64,000 nt of DNA, from positions 3,912,139 through 3,976,138 of the forward strand of contig CAVNZM010000011.1 in NCBI GenBank assembly GCA_963693365.1, written 5' to 3'. The DNA comes from Amoebidium appalachense (Eukaryota; Protista; Ichthyosporea). This document shows, piece by piece, positions 22,988 to 36,500 of the stretch. Position 1 is the first letter of the stretch, and every line of letters starts with the position of its first letter. The notes under the pieces are model-generated. The model had not been told where the DNA came from and ran no database searches. It saw nothing but the letters and a program-made list of their open reading frames with translations. Position numbers and translations under genes: made by a program.

Positions 22988-23627
22988 TGTAGACATGGTT
23001 GTGTACATTCACGTGCACACCGTGCTGTTCCCCCACAACCAGTCTACGTGCCTTTGTGTCTTCTCGCCACAGGCTGGAATAGAGCCTCGGAAGCAGCTAC
23101 CAATCGGCTGCATCACTTTTAGCTGTATTCCTTATTAGGGCAGTTGCTCTGCACCTTAAGTATGCAGTTAGGAGCGATGCAAAGAACGTGAACACTTTGC
23201 CAGCATGTATCTTAGGTGTACGGCACACACTGTGTGCCGTAGACACTTTATTGGGCACTAGACATACACATGTAGCACTGTAGTATATCTTGAAGCTAGA
23301 TTATGATCACCCAGGAGAAGCTCATGTACTCATGTATATGTCATGTACTTTATTTTAAGTAGGGCCACATGCCTATTGGCTGTCGCCTTACAAAAGTATG
23401 CGAGCAGTGCTCTCCGGACCGGCGGAAACCAAGGGACTATAAAAGGCTGGTACATTCCAGACTTGGGTCACTTGGGCGGGGCTGTGTGTCCGAGTAAACG
23501 TTACACTAGTCGTGCGGTGTCAGACTAGCTGTAGCACCCGCTTTCTTGCCTCTATACTTGCGTGCTTCTCCTAGCCTGCATATGTTAACTAGGGCAGAGT
23601 ATTAGTGTATACATACCCTGGTTTTCA
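22988..23627 (+). repeat. Gypsy-2 5' LTR
   Basis: Matches 43317-43956 with about 4 substitutions seen by eye. Confidence 0.95.
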
Positions 23628-24067
23628 CTGGCGACCGCAGGCAGTCGAAGGTCTAGAGCGTTGGCATTAGCGTTTTTAGACTTTCGGGTGATCACAATCA
23701 AGCGATTTTGCACATTCTTTACGGTAAACAGTCCGGAAATTTCTCCTAGTTACAACTTTGTGGTTGGGATTCGCGCTGTGTTCCTGTGATTGGATACCTA
23801 AAATTTGTTGGCCACATTTGGGTGTTTGCGCCATCAACTTGGTATCCGGCGTGCTACCGCGAAGTTCCGACTTTCACCGTGAACGTGGGTGGCTGCCAGC
23901 GTAGCTGGAGCTGCTTGCACTGTGCTTTGCAAGTGCAACCGGTGGTACTGTGTGACAGTGACCACTGGGAGGGTAGGCTGCTGTGTTGGGGCCGTGGGCA
24001 CGACCAGTAGGGAACCCTTTTGACACGTTGGTGTGAGCCACTGTGGTGGCAAGAACGTGCAGCTGAG

Positions 24068-26519
24068 ATGGCTGGCACTGGGGCTGAGAGAGGCGGGCGC
24101 CGTTCCCGCAGTCGCAGCCGTGAGCCTGGCCGGCGTTCGGCCACGCCTGAGGGCGGTCGGGAGAGTTCCCCTTATGATTCTGGTGAGTGTGCTGATGATT
24201 CCCGTGTGTGTATGGCTCCGCCCATGTCTGGGCTGGGTGACGATACAGAGACACGTGGCATACACACACCTGGCCGTCGTGTTATGCCTGCTACTCAGTT
24301 GCGTGGGCGCAGGACTCTTCGGGGCACTAGGCCTATTAATGTTGCTGCTTTCCATGTTGAGCCTGAGTCTGATGATTCTGAGTGGGAGCAGAATGGGTCT
24401 AGTGAGAGCTCGGGGTCTGAGAGTGACGAGGGTGGTGACTCAGATTACGAACCCCAGTCACCTGTGCGCTCTCCTGGTGTGTGTGATCGTGTGGGGGATG
24501 GGGATGACGTTAGTGAGAGTGATGGTTCTGAGTCTGAGCCTGATCTGACTGTACCCCCACCTGCACGTGACCCTAGCACACAGGAACGTTCTTTACTTGA
24601 TCATGCCGCTGAGGTTATGGGGGTAGATGCTAGCAGCACGGAAGAAGTGTTGCGCCGGCAGACTGAAGCATTGCGTGCATTCGAAGCCCTGAGAGAAGCT
24701 GGGTGGGTTCCTGCTAAAAAGAGGGGTGCACGTGGTGTTGGCAGTCAGGCTGGTGGGAATAAACAGGCAGTTGGCAGTCAGGGTGAGACCCAGGAGGGTG
24801 ATGTTTACTTACGGAATAACTATTATGGGGTTTTGGAAGATGATCAGCGGGGATACAACTACAACCCGCCCACCCCTGGCCGTGAGTACCGTTCACCATC
24901 ACCTGACCGCGATGCCGACCGTTCCCGCTCCCCTCCCTCGCGGCACCGTTCTCCGTCTCATCGTAGCCGGTCCCCTGATCGTGTGCGTGAGCGCGAGCGC
25001 GGTGGTGAGCGCAGCAAGGAGCGTGGGTGTGTGCACGAGCGCACTCGCTCGCGCAGCCGCTCTCCCCAGCACAACCGCACTCCAGAACAGGAGTCTTCTC
25101 GCGCACGCACCCGCGACCATTCGCCACGGGGTCGGGACTGTACAACACCATCTAGCTGTGGGTGTAACCACCGGGGTTGTGGGCCGGTGCAGCAGTGGCC
25201 TTTTGGTTTCCCGGCCATGCCTGCAGGGGGGCCCAACACTAACATGAGTGGGCCCATGATGACCCCCTTCCCCATGGTTAATGTTTGGTTATCCGCAGCC
25301 CAACGTTGGGGCAGCAGGTACCAACACTCAGCCCACAGATAACAAGGTGGAGAAGGAGAGAAAGACCCGTTCATCTAGCAAGCGTAAGTCTTCTGGCCGG
25401 CGTGCACATACGCCTGTGTCTGAGGAGGACTGCAGCGAGGATGACGGGGCGAGCCAGAGCAGCTCGGAGAGTGAAGATGACAACCACCCGCCAAAGAAGG
25501 TGAAGTCTGCACGTGATTTGCTCCTTGCTTTGATGCCGGAGCATGATATGGCATGGCGTAAACCGTTGGTTGTGCACCCCTCTCGCCACTATGCGCCTCT
25601 GATCACTGCAGATAAGGTGCCCCAGTTTAAGGGTGATATGAGTGATACACGCACGGTGGTTGAGTGGCTCTCTGAGCTTGCAAGCTTGTTTTTCAGGGTG
25701 GCTGGTGTGCCTGTGCATGATGCTGTGCCTTTAGTTGTCTCGTGCTTTCCTCCTGCAAGCCCCGCACGCAATTGGTTTTCCAAATTTTGCCGCACGCACC
25801 CTAATGCCACGTTCGAAGCTTTTGCGCAAGAAGTGGTTAAGGAGTTCCATGGTGAGCACGTTTTGGAAAAATGGCAGGGCAAGCTGGACGAGTTGAAGCA
25901 GGGAAACATGGAGGTTTCGGAATTCTATACACAGCACGCTAGCTTGTGGGCGCGAGTGTATCCACATGGCACGGATGAAGCGCGTTTGATTGATTTTTCG
26001 CACAAGTTGAACGCTGCCGCATTTAGTGATTACCAAAAATGGGCGGTGAAGCAGAGGCGTGCGAAAAAGTGCCTAACCATCCAGGATGCACTCGTTCACT
26101 TATCGGAAAAAGAGCGCGACCGCAAAAGCACACAGAAACACACAAAGGGTACAGCCGGTGTGTTTAATGTGCAGCAGTCGGCTATGGTGGCTGTGCAGGA
26201 GCAGGCAGCAGCATTGGGCTTGGATGTGCTGTCGTTTATTGCTCTGGTGGGGTCCGGTTTGACTAAAAATCCGTGGAAAACTCCCCCACAGAAGCCCAGA
26301 TACGGTGCATCGGGCAGCAGTGTCGTTTGCTACGGCTGCGGGAAGCCGGGACATCGCAAAGGTGATGCGGAATGCCCTGCTGCTGATCGCCGCTGCAACG
26401 TTTGCAAGAAAGTAGGCCACTATTCCGATTCCCGGTTGTGCAAGGGAGAGCCCAAGGGTAACGGCAAGCATCAGCAGGGCCGTGACCCAGACAAGAAGAA
26501 GCATTCACACCGCAAATAG
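24068..26519 (+). CDS. gag: Gypsy-2 Gag (frameshift ~25280-25340), RS-rich N-terminal half, two zinc knuckles
   Basis: VPQFKGD..VVEWL..LKQGNMEVSEF; CYGCGKPGH and CNVCKKVGH. Confidence 0.85.
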
Positions 26520-29500
26520 GAACTCGCGGGGGTAAAAGGCGCGGTGCCGGGGGTAGTTGATGTGCGTAGCGCATTTTTGCACATCGGAGAGGATAGTGTA
26601 CAAAGTAGTGAAGTGGTTAACGAGAATTTTGTGCACGACCCTTCTCCCCTGGCGGGAAATTGCAAGGGAAATAAAGCAATCACTCGAAAAACTGTGTCTT
26701 TTGCCCCCACCCATATTGTGATCCCGTCCACCCTAGGTGCAACCACCCCTACAGGTGTTGGGAAGGGGGAGGGTGCACCCGGGAAGGAGGGTGTTATGTC
26801 GGTTCAGGATTTTGCGGATTAGAAGCAGGCACGGGCAGAGGGGTTGGCGGGGCTGGCGGGGCGCGTGCATCCCACCCCCAAAGAACCATCTGTGTGCAAA
26901 GTGTCTGCTAAGGGCTCTACCTCTTGTTTGCTTGCCACTGTGAGGTTGCATGGGCACCTAGTTACGATGGTTGTGGATACCGGTGCTAGCCATTCATGCT
27001 TGCAATATGATTTTGCGCTGAAATTACCATTTGCTACGCGGAAGCGCATTTCGCCGGTTCACAACTTTAGTGCTGTTGGTGCTAGCGGGGACACCTTGCC
27101 ATGTGCAGGCCGTGTGGGTTTGCACCTGCAGGTTTGCACCTGCAGGTGCCCAACACAGAATGGAGCCATGTGCAAAACTTTCATATTTTGCGTGGCCTCC
27201 CCTATGCAGCCTTGCTAGGCATGGATTTCTTGTTGGGTTTCGATGCACAGATTGACCTGTTGTATAAGCACTTGTTGCTCAGGCCTGCCCACGGCCAGGC
27301 AGAGTGCTATATGCCTGTTTGGTGGCTTGGGGCGGGGGTGCGGGGTGGTGAGGTGGCAACACTTATCACCACCACCGGCGTGCATCTCCCTCCTTTCAGG
27401 TCGAATGTGGCTTTGTGCTCGATGAAGGATGGGGGGGAAAGTTTGGAGGCTGGTGTGTTGACGGGTGTTGTCATACCCAGACCCACCTCTAACACCGATA
27501 TTCCCTTCCACCCTGCGCATAGTGTGCAATCACTCTTGTCTGTAAATGGCAGCCTCGGCTGCAAGGTGCTGTTAACAAATCTGACTGAAAAGCATGTGTA
27601 TTTGAAGCCTGGTACCCAGGTGGCAGCACTAGAGCCATTGGTTGAGGGTGATATGCTCACTGTTTTGGTCGATGTGTCCGGGTCCCCAGCTGCAGAGAAG
27701 ACTGGTTTGGAGGCCGTTGGGTCAGACTCACCGTCAGGCTCTGTTGGTGGACAAGTGTTTGCTGCTGCTGCGCCGGCGGCTGCAGACAAACCTCCGACGG
27801 GTGGAGCCACAGTGGGGGGATCAGGGACCACTGGGGCTACTGGGGACAACATTATTATTGGTGAGGGTGGCCGCGTACACGCTAGTGTGCCTGCACGTGT
27901 GTACAGGCAGGGGCGCGCGCGCACGGAGACTGTGCAGCCGTGGCTGTCAAAGAAGAAGGCCAGAGGCCGACTTGCTTTTGCAGCTAGGGCCAGGCACCCA
28001 GGGTCGCAGGCGCCTGGTGCTCCAGCCCCTATCAGCACTAGTAATGTTGCAGGTACCGGGCAGGGGCAGGTTTCCTCTCCTCAAAACGAACATGTGCATT
28101 CCGATCGGAATCTCGAGCTCTCATTGGCTGAGGGTACCTTCGGGCCGGCCGCTTCATCCTCTGAGGGAGGAGTTGGGCCGTGGCATATAAGGGAGGACAC
28201 TCAGGGGCAGTGTGAGGGAGTATCTGCCGGGGATACTGAAGCATCTGGCCCAGGGGAAGAGACTGATGTGCAGTGTGCAGGGGCCCGCCATGCACGAGGT
28301 CAGTCTGGTGGTAGTCAGCCGGGCGCACCAGGAGCCAATCAGATTGCAGCAGGGGTGAGCCACGTGCCCACAGCCTCTGCATCTGATGCCGACTCAGGGG
28401 GCACCGAGGATGAATTACCACCGGGCGTGGAGGACCCAGAGACTATCCCCCTTCCTGATCTGACACCTGCGGAGAGCAAGAGATTCGCTAAGCGCATTCG
28501 GAGGTTGCTTAGCAGATGGAAGCACGTGTTTTCTGCACACGAGCATGACTATGGCAAGTCCAATGTGGCAACGCTGAAGATAGAGTTAACCACAAATGAA
28601 CCACAGTATCGGCCTCCATACAAAATTCCACACCATATCCGGGATCAAGTGTGGAAGCAACTTCAAGTATGGTTGGCTGGGGGGGTCATCGAGCCGTCCA
28701 CCTCTCCCTACTCTGCACCCATGGTCTTAGTGCGTAAAAAGGATGGGAGCGTAAGAGTGTGCCTGGATTTTCGGAAAATAAATTCATGCACTGTGAGGGA
28801 TGGCTACCCCCTACCCCGCATAGACACTTCTCTCGATGTGTTGCGTGGGGCGCGCTGGTTCAGTGTGTTTGACCTCTATGGCGGCTATCACCAAATTGAG
28901 GTGGATCCAGAAACACGGCCTAAGTTAGCCTTTACTACGCCGTGGGGTCACTATCAGTTTTGTCGGGCACCCTTCAGGGGTTACGAATATGCCGTCTGTA
29001 TTCAGCCGCGCCATGAATACCGTATTCGCGGGCATGCTGTGGGTTCATTTGCTTGTGTATATCGATGACCTTCTTCTGTTCACCCCGGATTTGGAAAGTC
29101 ACTTAACCCTCTTAGAAGAAGTTTTCAGGCGGCTGTCCGCGGCTGGTCTAAAGCTAAAGGGGTCCAAGTGCCACTTTTTCCGGACAGAGGTGGCGTACGC
29201 CATCGTGTGGGCAGAGATGGTATTAAGGTTGATGACGGGAAAATCGCTGTGATACGCGATAAGCAGGCACCCACTTCTGTGTCCGAATTAAGGAGTGATT
29301 TGGGTCTGTTTTCGTATTACAGAAGGTTTGTTCCGAATATGAGTGACCTGGCCGAGCCGCTAACGCGCATGTTGGGTGATAGCCCACAGGATAAGCAGTT
29401 GCGCAAAAGGGTTCACGGGAATGAGCCCCCCACATCTAGTGCGCGACGGAAGCGGAATGGCACGGCCAAGGAGAAGGCTAGGCAAGCCCGTACTGCTGCA

Positions 29501-29666
29501 GCAGATGAAAGCACAGAGGTTATTGGGCAAGCCGAATCAGAGGTTGTGGTGAGCGCACCGGGCGAGAATATTCATGCGAATATTCCAGCGAATAATTCGC
29601 GCACACGTGCGAATAGGCGCAAAAATGCCTATTTTGTGTGGGGTGAGGAGCAGCAACGTGCATTTG
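26520..29666 (+). pseudogene. pol: Gypsy-2 pol 5' part (protease, RT) with a stop and frameshifts
   Basis: VVDTGASHS, VRVCLDFR, YIDD; TAG at 26820, small duplication at ~27120-27145, shifts near 28980 and 29200. Confidence 0.9.
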
Positions 29667-30045
29667 GGTTTTATTTGTGGAAATTATTGACATAAATATT
29701 TTTCTGGGTAAACACGTAGGATGGGTGTTCGATACCAACATAACCATGTAGGCTTCATTTCGTGTTTTAGCAGTTAGCGGTTGGCTGCCCGCACACGGGC
29801 ACCTATTAGCCAGTCAAAACATCAGATACCACAGATCACTAGACCGAGTTATGATTGGCTCGGATCAGATTTCACATATCACTAGATCGATTTTTGATTG
29901 GCTCAGATCGGTAGGCTTAGGTATATAAGCACGACAGTTTTTAGCAGATCAGCAAGCTACAAACACATCTTCTGTGTTTAGCATCCACAGCCTTACAGCT
30001 ATATATTCCTTTTCATTCTCCCTATCTTTCCCTACGCCGGTCAGC

Positions 30046-31217
30046 ATGCCGCCGAAAAAGCGCCAGGCCTCAGCCGCCGCCCCTGCCGCGGCACCTAAGC
30101 GCCTGACCCGCAGCGACCTCCGCCACAGGCTGACCAACGCTCCCGCGGACACTGACGCGCCTCCAGCGGCCCATACCACCACGGACCCGGACCCGCCGGC
30201 TACTCTCCCCTCCACTCCTGAAGTCCCCCCTCAGGCCCCGCCGTCCCCGCAGATGACTTCTCAAGACGCCGTCCTGGCCGCCCTCACCGCCATCAGCACC
30301 CAGATGGCTGGCGTCCTGGCTGCTCTCACCAACCGCGACCCTCCCGCGCCCCCCGCCGCGCCCTCCACACCCGGGGAGGTTTCCCCGGGGCTGCATCTCG
30401 GCCCTGACCTAGACCTGCCTGCCCTGCCCGCGCCCCCCATCACAGGTGAGAACACTGGCGACATTCAGCCGGGCACACTCCCGCTTCCCCCCGCGGATGT
30501 GCTGGCAGATTTGCGCGCCAATCGTTTCGTCGACCTGTATAAGTTCACCCCCGCCGCCCTCCTGGCCCCATCCAAGAAAGGTCAGCATCTGCGCATGGCC
30601 GACGACGGCAGCATCGAGACTTTTCGCCAAGACAAACCCGTTCCCCTGCGTTCACTCGTCATTTGGATCCAAGCTTGGACCCATTACAAGTGGCCGCCAA
30701 GCACCACCTCGGCCTTCCCACGGACAAAGACGTACTTTGGACTCAGCACATCACTCGCCTCAGCACCCGATACCCGTGGGCCCAGATCCACAACTATGAC
30801 GTATACGCCCGCACCGTGGCCCACCAGCAGGGTCGGGCTCCGATCGAGTGCCCCAACCTGCTCGCCCAACTCCACCAGGATCTCCTCCTGCCACCCACTC
30901 TGCTCATCCAGGACGCATGTCAGCGCTGTGGCTTCCCCGACCACCCCAGCGCGGCATGCCCCATGTACCCCAAGCCCGGCTGTGGTCTTGACGGCTTTAA
31001 GCCGCCCCACAAGCCCGGCGGGGGTCACACCCCTAACCGCCCTGGCCCGCAACCCGGCCCGGCAAAACCGGCCCGACCCGTGGATCTACCCGCGACGCAC
31101 TGCAGGAATTTCCACATTAACGGTCGGTCCTGCGCTAAGCAGCCCTGCCCCTTCTCCCACGTGTGCCCGCTCTGCTCTGGCACACACCCCCGCAAAGACT
31201 GCAAGCACAATGCCTAG
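30046..31217 (+). CDS. Ngaro ORF1 gag-like protein (frameshift ~30690)
   Basis: WIQAWTHY..RYPWAQIHNYD; C-terminal CRNFHINGRSCAKQPCPFSHVCPLCSGTHPRKDC zinc fingers. Confidence 0.75.
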
Positions 31218-31610
31218 TCTACGCGCACACCCACACACACAGCTAGAACATAGGGGTTAGGAGCTAGGACACACGAGGACAGGGAAACGGAGCTCGGGAG
31301 AACGGGCCAATAGGGCTGAGTACAAAATTTCGCAAGCCAACTACGGCGCCCGCGCGCGTCAAGAATAAATGTCCCTACACAAAGACGTTTATTCTGGCCA
31401 CTGCACATAATTTTACTCCCCCCCCCCCCATCCCACGAGCCTCCCCCCCCCCTTACACTCACCTAGCACTCCCTCCCCCCCCCCCTTCTTCTACCGCTGT
31501 GTCCGCCCACACCCCGTGCTCGGGCACATTCCCCTGCACAGGGCCCCGCTGCCCTCCCTGCCAACCCTCACTTGGGCCCAGCTGCCCTACTCTAACCCCC
31601 CGGGGCCCTG

Positions 31611-31652
<42 letters not shown>

Positions 31653-31867
31653 CTGCCGGGATCTCCCCAAGGGTACACCACCCTTGCTAACCACCCCTTC
31701 CCCGAGGCTCAGACTCGGAGGCCCGCCCGCTGCCCCAGCACCACATTGACACCTCCCGCCTCCGGGAACTGCTGGCCTCCTACCCGGACCAACCATTTGC
31801 CGCACAACTCCTCCACGATGTCGAATTCGGCGTCGACATCGGCTATCGCGGCCCCTCCACCTCTCGG

Positions 31868-33334
31868 GTGGGCCCCAACCTACCCACCACCCCGGAGGCA
31901 GCTGCCGCTATCACGGTGGATATTGCCAAAGAAGTCGCCCTCGGCCACCTGCGCGGCCCCCTCTCCCCGGCCCAATTCTTTGACGAATTTCCCGTCCACC
32001 GTTCCTCCCCCATCGGCGCCGTTACCAAGAAAGGGAACCCCCCCAAGTACCGTCGAATCCACCACCTCTCCTGGCCCCGGGGTAGCAGTGTCAATGACAG
32101 CATCACCTACCCCGACGAACTTCAGTACATTCGCGCCCGGGATGTCACCCAACTCATTCTCGACGCAGGCCCCGGCTGCTACATGGCCGTGGCAGATGTG
32201 CAGGCTGCCTTCCGGCACATGCCCATCCGACCGGAAGACCACCACTTAATGGCATTCAAATGGCAAGGGCACTTTTACGTTGAAACCAGACTGCCCTTCG
32301 GCCTGAAATCTAGCCCAGCCATCTGGGAACGGATCGCGGCCACCCTACAGTGGCTGGCACACCAGCACGGTATTACCCTCATCCGCCACTACGTAGACGA
32401 CTGGATTATAGTCGCCCCCACACAACAGCAGTGCCAACGTCACCTATCCACCTTCCTGCAACTCTGCCGAGAGCTGCACATTGCCATCTCCGAAGACAAG
32501 ATGCAGGGCCCGGCTACCCGTGTCGTCTTCATCGGTATCGAATTCGACTCCATCGCCATGGAGGCACGAATCCCGGCTTCCAAGCTCTCGGACCTACTCG
32601 ACCTCACTTCCCACCCAAAGCCCACCATCACCATTCGGGACCTCCAGTCCCTCCTCGGTAAACTCACCTGGTGTGCCCAGCTGGTTCCCCCCGGGAGGGC
32701 CTTCTCCCAGCGCCTATGGGCCCTTCTCCGGACCCACCCACACCTTGCCGGCCACCACCACATACGACTGACTGCTGCCGCCCGGGCCGACATAGCCGAA
32801 TGGCACCAGTTCCTCACATCATGGAATGGGGTGCACCTCATCACACCCCCCACATACACCACCCTGGCCACTGATGCTGCCGGATCGGTGGGTCTAGGTG
32901 GCCACTGGCTCGACCAATGGTTCTTCATGCCCTGGTCCCCCTCCACCCAAGCCCTCTATGCTCATGAGGGTAAACTCGGTTCTTCCGTCATCGAACTCCT
33001 GGCCATCGCAGCCGCCGTGGCCCTCTGGGCCCCCTCCTGGTCCACCCACCATGTCCGTATTTTATGCGACAACACGGGTGCTGTGTCTGACCTGCACTCC
33101 CGGTCTTCCCCCCACCCCGTGATGGCCAAACTTATTCGGTTCATCACCCGCATGGAAATGCAATACCAATTTACGTTACAGGCATCCTACCTACCAGGAC
33201 CCCTCAACCATCTGGCCGATGCCATTTCTCGTAACCAACTTCCCCGGGCCCGACGACTCCGACCTTCCCTGCAACCGGAGCCCTGCCCCTTCCCCTCCTG
33301 GGTCCACGAGTTCCTATCCCTTCCCTTGGGCTAA
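31868..33334 (+). CDS. Ngaro RT / RNase H (true start upstream, obscured by poly-C shifts)
   Basis: KYRRIHHLS, DVQAAFR, LPFGLKSSP, YVDD, TDAAG, IELLAI, CDN, NHLADAISR. Confidence 0.92.
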   Translation: MGPNLPTTPEAAAAITVDIAKEVALGHLRGPLSPAQFFDEFPVHRSSPIGAVTKKGNPPKYRRIHHLSWPRGSSVNDSITYPDELQYIRARDVTQLILDAGPGCYMAVADVQAAFRHMPIRPEDHHLMAFKWQGHFYVETRLPFGLKSSPAIWERIAATLQWLAHQHGITLIRHYVDDWIIVAPTQQQCQRHLSTFLQLCRELHIAISEDKMQGPATRVVFIGIEFDSIAMEARIPASKLSDLLDLTSHPKPTITIRDLQSLLGKLTWCAQLVPPGRAFSQRLWALLRTHPHLAGHHHIRLTAAARADIAEWHQFLTSWNGVHLITPPTYTTLATDAAGSVGLGGHWLDQWFFMPWSPSTQALYAHEGKLGSSVIELLAIAAAVALWAPSWSTHHVRILCDNTGAVSDLHSRSSPHPVMAKLIRFITRMEMQYQFTLQASYLPGPLNHLADAISRNQLPRARRLRPSLQPEPCPFPSWVHEFLSLPLG

Positions 33335-33551
33335 CCCCCCCCCGATTTCTGTGTGGCATCTCGGCTGCAATCCTCCTCCGGGTCCTCCCTCCCGGCCTCC
33401 CCACACACCGTGCAACTTTTTCTCGCCTGGTGTGCCCAACGAGGGGTACAGGCCTCTTCCTTAACCGGCTACAATTCGGCCATCACCAGGCTCCACCTCG
33501 ACATGGGCCTCCCTGCTCCCTACCCCCACGACAAGTCTCTGGCCTGGTTCC

Positions 33552-36500
33552 TGTTGGACATTGTGTTCATAGAAGCTAGTTCTAGTGCACGTTGTTCCTT
33601 CTGTAAGTCAGAAATGATTGCATCTTGTGAGGCCAACCTCTGCTCCAGTAGTTGGACTAGTTGCTGCAACTGTAAGTTGTCAGACATAGTGTCGTGTATG
33701 ATGGGTAACTAGTCTATGTGTTTTGTGCACTGGAAACGACAGTAGAAAAGTGTAAATCAAACGTTCTGCTTCCCATGTTTGTGACATGGGAGGCACTGCT
33801 TTATATAGTCGTTGGCCACCTCATGGTGGCCTCGTGTGCACCCTGGTGGTGGGCCATGTACAGCATGGCCGAAAAGAGAGCACAATGAAAACAAGTCGTT
33901 AAAGATATAAAAGTTAACTGTGCACGTTGAGTGGCTAGTTAACTTGCACTAAAGCACACAAATAAACGTGTTTAACACACCAATTGCAGTTAAACGTAAA
34001 TCTTGCTTCACACAACTAAAAATATTCTGAGAATATCCGGGAATAAAGCACACTACCACTCTAAGAATAGAATCCTGTGGCAAATATAGACATGACATCA
34101 TCTGAACCGGGAATATTAATTAATGAGCACAATTAGCACGTTGCTAGTGAAGCTCGTCATTGGTACAGTTTTGGCTCAAACATATAACTACCATATATGA
34201 ATATGACCGTAAACAAAAAGCTCTATGCACTCGAGTGAGTGTTGAAACAGTTATTCAATTGCTCAGAAACTTTCTCTAACAGACATTGCTAGCCGGGAGT
34301 ACCAGTGTACTCCAACACCCCTACTCAATTGGATAATTGTGGTATGAATTAATGCAACTGAGCTCGAGTGCTTCAGGTGCACAAAATACAGACAATAAAG
34401 ATTCCCCTACTCAATTTTAGTATGGTACACGTAGTTGCACAGTCGGATGCAACTCTCTCCCCCCCCCTGAAGTATGAGGGCGCAGTTGGTTGATGACGGG
34501 TGCTCAGCACATGTTGAGCATCCCCACGGCCTTGGTGAAGAAAGAGGCAGACAGGGCCTTGGTGAACATGTCGGCCTTGTTGTCAGCAGAAGCCACCGGG
34601 ACCACAGTGATGTTGCCCAGCAGGTGATGTTCCTTGACGGAGCAGTAGCGGACGTCGATGTGCTTGGTCTTGGGCTTAACCCCCAGGGTGTCCAGCAGGG
34701 CCCGGGCAGACTCATTGTCCCCATGGATGGGCACCGGGGTGGGCTCATTGATAGGATTAAGGCCCAGGTCGTCCATCACATAGTTGAGCCATAGGGCCTC
34801 GTTCGTAGCAGCAGACATGGCCACAAATTCAGCCTCAGTGGAGCTGTGGGTGGTGATGGACTGGAGCCGAGACACCCAGGACACAGGGGAGGAGTTTATG
34901 AAGAAGACATAGCCCGTGGTGGAGCGCCGGGTGTCGCGGTCCTCGGCGTAGTCGGAGTCGGAGTAGCCAACAAGGTTGGGGGGGCCGGGACGGTAGACAA
35001 TACCCAGGTCGATGGTGGCCAGCAGGTAGCTTACAACTCTGGTAGCCATAGTCCAGTGGGTGACGGTGGGCGCATGAATGTGTCGAGTAAGGACTCCCAG
35101 AGCCTGGGAAATGTCGGGGCGGGTGGTACGCGCAATCCACAGCAGGGCACCGACCAGGCTGGCATAGTCCTCCTTCTTGCTGTAGGCTGGGGTCTTGTTG
35201 CTTTCACTGGCCTGGCCCGGGACGATGGGGGTCTTGGTGCCGGACATGTGGGTGAGACGAAAACGGGCAGCCAAGTCGATGATGTGTTGACGATGGCCCA
35301 GACGCAGAGACCCGTCCTCCAGCCAGGTAAGAGTGTGCCCGATGAGCAGGGTAGGACGACCCAGGTCCTTGGCAGAGAAACGAGCATCCAGCTTGGTGAA
35401 AAAATCGTCGATGAGCGCATCAGTGGCGGCCGTCACGGTGAAGTCATCCACGTAGGCAGCAAGGGCAATAAATGTTGGGGTCCCGGCATTCTTGATGAAC
35501 AGGCACGGGTCAGCAGCACTCACAATGAAGCCTTGGTCGAGGAGATGGTCACGGAGGGCCTCATACCACTGGCGCGGTGCCTGTTTTAGGCCGTAGAGCG
35601 CCTTGTGGAGCAAGCCGACAGCATGGGGGGCCGAGGGGTTGACGAAGCCAGGGGGCTGCTCAATGTAGATGGTCTCGTTGACGGTGCCGTTGAGGAATGC
35701 TGTGTTGACGTCGATGTGGCGCAGAGGCAGACCTTGGGCCACGGAGGTAGCCAAAACCAGCCGGATGGTAGCCAGCGCAGCCACAGGTGACTCGGTGACG
35801 AAATAGTCCTGGCCAGGCTGCTGGTAGTTGCCCCGGGCCACAAGCCGGGCCTTGAAAGCAGTGACGTTGCCGACGTTGTCCTGCTTGACCGTAAAGACCC
35901 AGCCGACCGGAATGACAGTGGAGCCATCCTCTGGACGGGGCACAAGGGTGAAGGTGCCGTTGTCTTCCAGGGCCTTGAGCTCACGGTGTGCAGCCTCCTC
36001 CCATTTCAGACGCTGGGGACTCTTGAGTGCAGCCCGGACAGTCTTGGGGACAACAATGGTGGAAGCCTTGATGGGTGTTGATGCAGGAGCCGTAGCCTGG
36101 GGGGCAAGGGGGGCCGTAGCAGCAGCCACGTTGGCAGTCGGGCCTCGACGTTGGTCGTTGTACACAGCGCCACTACGGGTCGTCCGGGGGAGCCGATGTG
36201 CAGGCTCGGGCAGGATCGGAATGTCCAATTGATCACTCGGCGCTGTCCCATTGGCTGACAGACGAGACGAATCAGATTGCTGATCATTCCGGACGATGTG
36301 ATTGGCTGGCTGATTTGACGAATCAGATGACTCCAAAAAATGATGAATTGCCGGTGCGGTCGACCAATCAGATGGGACATCACGGAGGGGGTGCAGAATA
36401 GCAGCCTCGTCGAACTGCACGTCACGGCTGACGGTCATCTTGTGTGCTGCTGGAATCCAGACCTTGTAGCCCTTGATGTTAGGAGGGTAGCCCACGAAGA

